Positions 36,975-40,479 of a stretch of DNA of 40,479 nucleotides are shown here, one piece after another. The position numbers were made by a program, and so were the translations under genes. The stretch lies in the NCBI GenBank assembly GCA_012838475.1, contig DUPE01000213.1, forward strand, positions 1-40,479, read 5' to 3'. The DNA is from Clostridiaceae bacterium. Its GTDB lineage: Bacteria; Bacillota; Clostridia; Saccharofermentanales; DTU023. The notes beneath the pieces are model-generated. The model made no database searches. It saw only the letters and a program-made list of their open reading frames with translations, and was not told where the DNA came from. How positions within the stretch are numbered: the stretch's first letter is position 1; each line of letters opens with the position of its first letter.

Positions 36975-37371
36975 TTTCCTGCCCTAAGCGGATCAGCTCG
37001 CGCCATTCCAGATCGCCCCGATCGATGGCGAGAACCAAGATTTCAGCAGTTGCCATATTTGTGGCGTAAGGAATTGTGTTTACATCACAAGCCCTCAACA
37101 GAGAGTTTGGGGCTGTGTCCATGCGTTCCGGGTCGCGCAGAAAAATCACGGCATCAATCTCATTATAGAGAGCTCTGGAAGCCAGCTGTTCAATCGTTCC
37201 GCGGATTTCTGTCGGTAAAGAGGTCACATTCAGTCCAGACGAATCCTGAATAATTTTCCCTGTATTGAGAGCAGAAATCAAAGTGTGCTTGTTCAAAATT
37301 TTACGATAAGCTATGCAAAAATTTGCCAGCAATTCAGTTTTTCGGTTATCGGCAAGCAATACAATATTCAT
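36967..37371 (-). CDS. methylglyoxal synthase-like protein with substituted catalytic residues
   Basis: It aligns by eye along its whole length with MgsA (MNIVLLADNRKTELL... / ...IDAVIFLRDP...LLRACDVNTIPYATNMATAEILV). However AHD is replaced by ADN, GGDQQ by an unrelated stretch, and PHEPD by TAPNS. The ATG at 37371 follows GGAG and is preferred over 37383. Confidence 0.75.
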   Translation of the reverse strand: MNIVLLADNRKTELLANFCIAYRKILNKHTLISALNTGKIIQDSSGLNVTSLPTEIRGTIEQLASRALYNEIDAVIFLRDPERMDTAPNSLLRACDVNTIPYATNMATAEILVLAIDRGDLEWRELIRLGQENA

Positions 37372-37508
37372 GAGCGGCTCCATACTCTGTAGTTAATCAC
37401 GGTATATAATATCTCCTAACCAATGCTACAATAGAAACCGCATAATTATCAAGCAAAAGCTGTTTATACTTAATAATTATTATTCAATATTCAACATATT
37501 GAAGACGC

Positions 37509-39782
37509 TTAATCCGCAGATCTCGAATTATAGACTATCTCTTTTGGCTCAATGCCGTAATACTCACACAAAATTCGGTAAGAAATCTCTGCAGACAAAT
37601 CACCATAAGATGCATCACGAACCACATGGGCGATGGCAATCTCCGGGTCATCGAGGGGCGCAAAGCAAGTGAAAACCGAATTTATTTTGTAATCGCTGCT
37701 TCTGTAGCCTTCCTCTGCGGTACCGGTCTTAACTCCAACTTTCACCGGAAAGTCACGGAAGAGTTGGCTTGTGTAGCCACTCGATTTTTGTGTAGAATCA
37801 TACATACCCTGACGTATAAGATCGATATGTTCAGGCTTGAGTCCTAAATCCTCTGAGATAATTTGCTCTTCACGCACAATGCTGCCATCTTCTGCTATGA
37901 TGTCCCCCATTACGTGGGGTGTTTGTAAAGTGCCACTGATGATTCCCGCTAAGCCGCGTACCATTTGCAGTGCTGTGTAGCTATTATCGAACTGTCCAAT
38001 AGCAGTCTGAGCAGTATCTGCCGGGAACCATTGCTTATCTCCCGGTTCAGTACGCAATAAACGTTTCAGCTCCCTGCTTGGTCTAATACCAGAAGTCTCA
38101 CCGGGAATATCGATCCCGCTTATTTCTCCGTATCCTAATTTCTTAGCCCAGGCACTGATATTGTCAATCCCCGTATCAATTCCCAATTTAAAAAAATACA
38201 AATTGCAGGATTTCTCGATAGCCTCCGTTAAAGGAATAGTGCCATGTCCCTGAGCAGGAGCAATAAAACAGCGCCACCATATCTGTGCGATCTCCTCATG
38301 GCCGGCGCAAGTGTAGTAGTTGTCCGTTGCGCTAATAGTACCGGTCTCCAGACCGGCAATACTGGTTACTACTTTAAAAGTCGATCCTGGAGCATAATTC
38401 TCAGCGATCGCACGATTAAGCAAAGGTTTACCCTCATTATCCTGCAGATAGCTCTGCACTCTCGCAGCTGCGCCTGAATCAACAGACTGCATAAGAAAAT
38501 CGTCCGGATCAAAGCCAGGCAAGCTGTCCATCGCTAAAATCGCGCCTGTCTTGACATTGAAAACAACTACTGCACCTTCCGGTGCGTTATATTTTTCTCC
38601 CGCTAAATTACCTTCACGCAGATCATCGATATTTTTTTGCAAAGCTTCCCGTGCTACCTGCTGTAAATCAGGTCTGATAGTTAAAGTCACTTTATTGCCA
38701 CTTTGCGGCATAACGCCGTAGGAACCGGGATAGTAATATGATTCACCATTATCACCGGTCCATTTATCAAATGTCTGCAGACCGTCCCGCCCGCGCAAAT
38801 ACCTTTCAGCGCTGGACTCTACACCGGTTTGTCCAATAATGTCAGAGGATCCATAACCCTGAGTTGCCAACATATCATATTGCTTGCTGTTAATGCGGCC
38901 AACATAGCCCAAAACGTGAGGCATCAACGAGGCATAAGGACTGTAAACCCGGCTCCATTCATTTGAAGTCAGGACGCCTAAATAACTTTGATTCTGGCCT
39001 TCAATTTCCGCAACGATAAGCTCATTAACATTCCTGGCAAGTCGAACAGGGGTCCTTTGTGTCCAAAGCCAGTTATTTTCCAGAATCAGATAGCGTAATT
39101 CCATTATCTGGTATGCTTCCCTGTCAGAATACAGTCTGCTGCTACCAGCCTCTCGATCCTCAATTTCGAAAAAATCATACAAGAGCCAGATAAAAAACTC
39201 ATTGGGATCTTCTTGTACTATGCGGCTTTGTTCTCTTCTTGTCCTGGCATTTTCAGGCAGCACCATATTGAACAGATCTTTATTTTGCTGCCAGCTTAAA
39301 ATCTTGTCCGGGCTTTGCTTAAAGACAAAGCTGACATCTTCCGTTTGAGAATTATTGTCTGTTTCAGGCGGCCCAAAATACCTCCCCATAGAGCTCTCAG
39401 AAGAAATCTCATGCTGAGCCAGCAAATTGGAAATGTTCAGGAGTTGTTTATTAAGCAGAGTTGTAGACAAGTCAGGCTGAACCATCCACAAGCTTGTGCT
39501 TTTCTCACTGGTCGCAATAAGTGTGCCATCAGCAGCAACGATATCACCTCGAGGTGCCGCCAGAGATATCTCAGTAACATTGCCACTGGTCAGACTAACT
39601 GTCGAAGCGTGAGAATCTCCCAGCATGATGATGCTCGTTCTGATCAGAATCGCAAACAAAAAAATCAAAATAACAGCTAGCAGCAGTGCTGTGCGGTTAT
39701 AAAATATCTTTACTACCGGATTAGTTTTTTCTTTCTTTTCTTTTGATTTTTTACTAAAAATATTTCTCAATTTATCAAACAT
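37509..39782 (-). CDS. mrdA: penicillin-binding protein 2 (elongasome class B transpeptidase)
   Basis: An N-terminal TM anchor is followed by a pedestal domain. The transpeptidase motifs are STFK, SCN and KTGT. It lies directly downstream of mreD. The ATG at 39782 follows AGGTGGA and overlaps mreD by 8 nt. The track's TTG at 39800 is less likely. Confidence 0.9.
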   Translation of the reverse strand: MFDKLRNIFSKKSKEKKEKTNPVVKIFYNRTALLLAVILIFLFAILIRTSIIMLGDSHASTVSLTSGNVTEISLAAPRGDIVAADGTLIATSEKSTSLWMVQPDLSTTLLNKQLLNISNLLAQHEISSESSMGRYFGPPETDNNSQTEDVSFVFKQSPDKILSWQQNKDLFNMVLPENARTRREQSRIVQEDPNEFFIWLLYDFFEIEDREAGSSRLYSDREAYQIMELRYLILENNWLWTQRTPVRLARNVNELIVAEIEGQNQSYLGVLTSNEWSRVYSPYASLMPHVLGYVGRINSKQYDMLATQGYGSSDIIGQTGVESSAERYLRGRDGLQTFDKWTGDNGESYYYPGSYGVMPQSGNKVTLTIRPDLQQVAREALQKNIDDLREGNLAGEKYNAPEGAVVVFNVKTGAILAMDSLPGFDPDDFLMQSVDSGAAARVQSYLQDNEGKPLLNRAIAENYAPGSTFKVVTSIAGLETGTISATDNYYTCAGHEEIAQIWWRCFIAPAQGHGTIPLTEAIEKSCNLYFFKLGIDTGIDNISAWAKKLGYGEISGIDIPGETSGIRPSRELKRLLRTEPGDKQWFPADTAQTAIGQFDNSYTALQMVRGLAGIISGTLQTPHVMGDIIAEDGSIVREEQIISEDLGLKPEHIDLIRQGMYDSTQKSSGYTSQLFRDFPVKVGVKTGTAEEGYRSSDYKINSVFTCFAPLDDPEIAIAHVVRDASYGDLSAEISYRILCEYYGIEPKEIVYNSRSAD

Positions 39783-40356
39783 TAGGTCCACCTGGCTCAA
39801 AATTTATCATAACTCCGCTGCGTGGTTTTTTAGCGCGAGGGTAAGGGGGCAAAGCAAAGTGTAACGCAATAATAACGACTGCAATTACTAAATTCAATAA
39901 AATCATTGGCGGTAAATCCTGTGACATCTCACCCAGAAACCAGAGAAATCTCAAATTATACGTTTCCGCATATTGAGCGAAGAAGGAGAGGACCGCTCTG
40001 CCAAAACGCAGGAAAATGGTCGAGAAAATAATTACTGAAGCATAAAGAGCGTAGCGCAGTCTGCCTCTAATTACAGGTAAGAAACCACACCCCCAGGCTA
40101 TCAGAAAGGTAAAAAATAAACCCAGCCCAAAGTAGCGACCGGATAAATAGTCACGTAAAAAACCGCAGATGAGGCCAATAATCATGCCATCACGAGGACC
40201 ATAACGCATTCCTGTCAACAGAGGAAAGACCAGCAAAAAATCCGGTCGGACCTTGGCCAGCTCGAATAGTTGACTATTAAATTGCATAGATGAACCAAGC
40301 AATATTGCCAAGGTGTAAATCAACCCTGGTCGTATGCCGGTTAAAAATTCTTTCAC
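39775..40356 (-). CDS. mreD: rod shape-determining protein MreD
   Basis: A polytopic small membrane protein with the RPDFLLVFPLL motif. Its GTG start overlaps the mreC stop (GTGA). Confidence 0.8.
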   Translation of the reverse strand: MKEFLTGIRPGLIYTLAILLGSSMQFNSQLFELAKVRPDFLLVFPLLTGMRYGPRDGMIIGLICGFLRDYLSGRYFGLGLFFTFLIAWGCGFLPVIRGRLRYALYASVIIFSTIFLRFGRAVLSFFAQYAETYNLRFLWFLGEMSQDLPPMILLNLVIAVVIIALHFALPPYPRAKKPRSGVMINFEPGGPNV

Positions 40357-40479
40357 CCTTCTTCTCCTATCAGAACGAAGACGATCGATCTATTTTCTTC
40401 AGGGGCTGCAGGTTGAATTACCGCAGAGACGATGTCGCCGTTATTAGAATATCTAAGCTCTTCTACCATGCCAATAAGC
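40353..40479 (-). CDS. mreC: rod shape-determining protein MreC (C-terminal 41 codons only; the gene continues beyond the window end)
   Basis: The minus frame reads ...LIGMVEELRYSNNGDIVSAVIQPAAPEENRSIVFVLIGEEG*. This matches the MreC C-terminal beta-domain pattern and the position upstream of mreD. Confidence 0.7.
   Translation of the reverse strand, partial: LIGMVEELRYSNNGDIVSAVIQPAAPEENRSIVFVLIGEEG

Overview
This 40.5-kb chromosomal segment has a Firmicutes/Clostridia-type layout. It carries a T-box-controlled thrS, an L20-leader-like attenuator ahead of infC-rpmI-rplT, an mreC-mreD-PBP2 block, and secA. I count about 33 protein genes, 2 tRNAs (Lys-CUU, Thr-CGU), 2 gene remnants, several intrinsic terminators and four near-consensus sigma-A-type promoters. 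There is no rRNA, no CRISPR array and no intact mobile element.

Most of the window is housekeeping: translation genes, a P-type Ca2+-ATPase, a CorC/CNNM transporter, tdh-kbl, ferritin, transketolase, secA and cell-shape genes.

Five regions deserve a second look:
- A decayed accessory islet at about 6.0-9.5 kb. It holds a stranded serine-recombinase tail, a DUF2284 gene overlapping an unknown gene with an ADP-ribosyltransferase-like motif order, a 40-bp tandem repeat, a poly-Gln membrane protein and an internally deleted nitrilase.
- A seven-gene operon (DUF3798-type lipoprotein, ABC transporter, amidohydrolase, glycerate kinase, GntR) with no obvious substrate.
- An SbcD/YhaO-like nuclease translationally coupled to a YhaN-like coiled-coil protein. 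That protein has a membrane hairpin but no Walker A motif.
- An orphan, translationally coupled three-gene TadE/TadG-like (pseudopilin-type) cassette between the cell-shape genes and secA. I rank this the best candidate for something undescribed.
- A methylglyoxal-synthase-like protein whose catalytic residues appear substituted.

All family calls come from motif recognition by eye on the supplied translations. No searches were run, and family names (DUF numbers etc.) are from memory.
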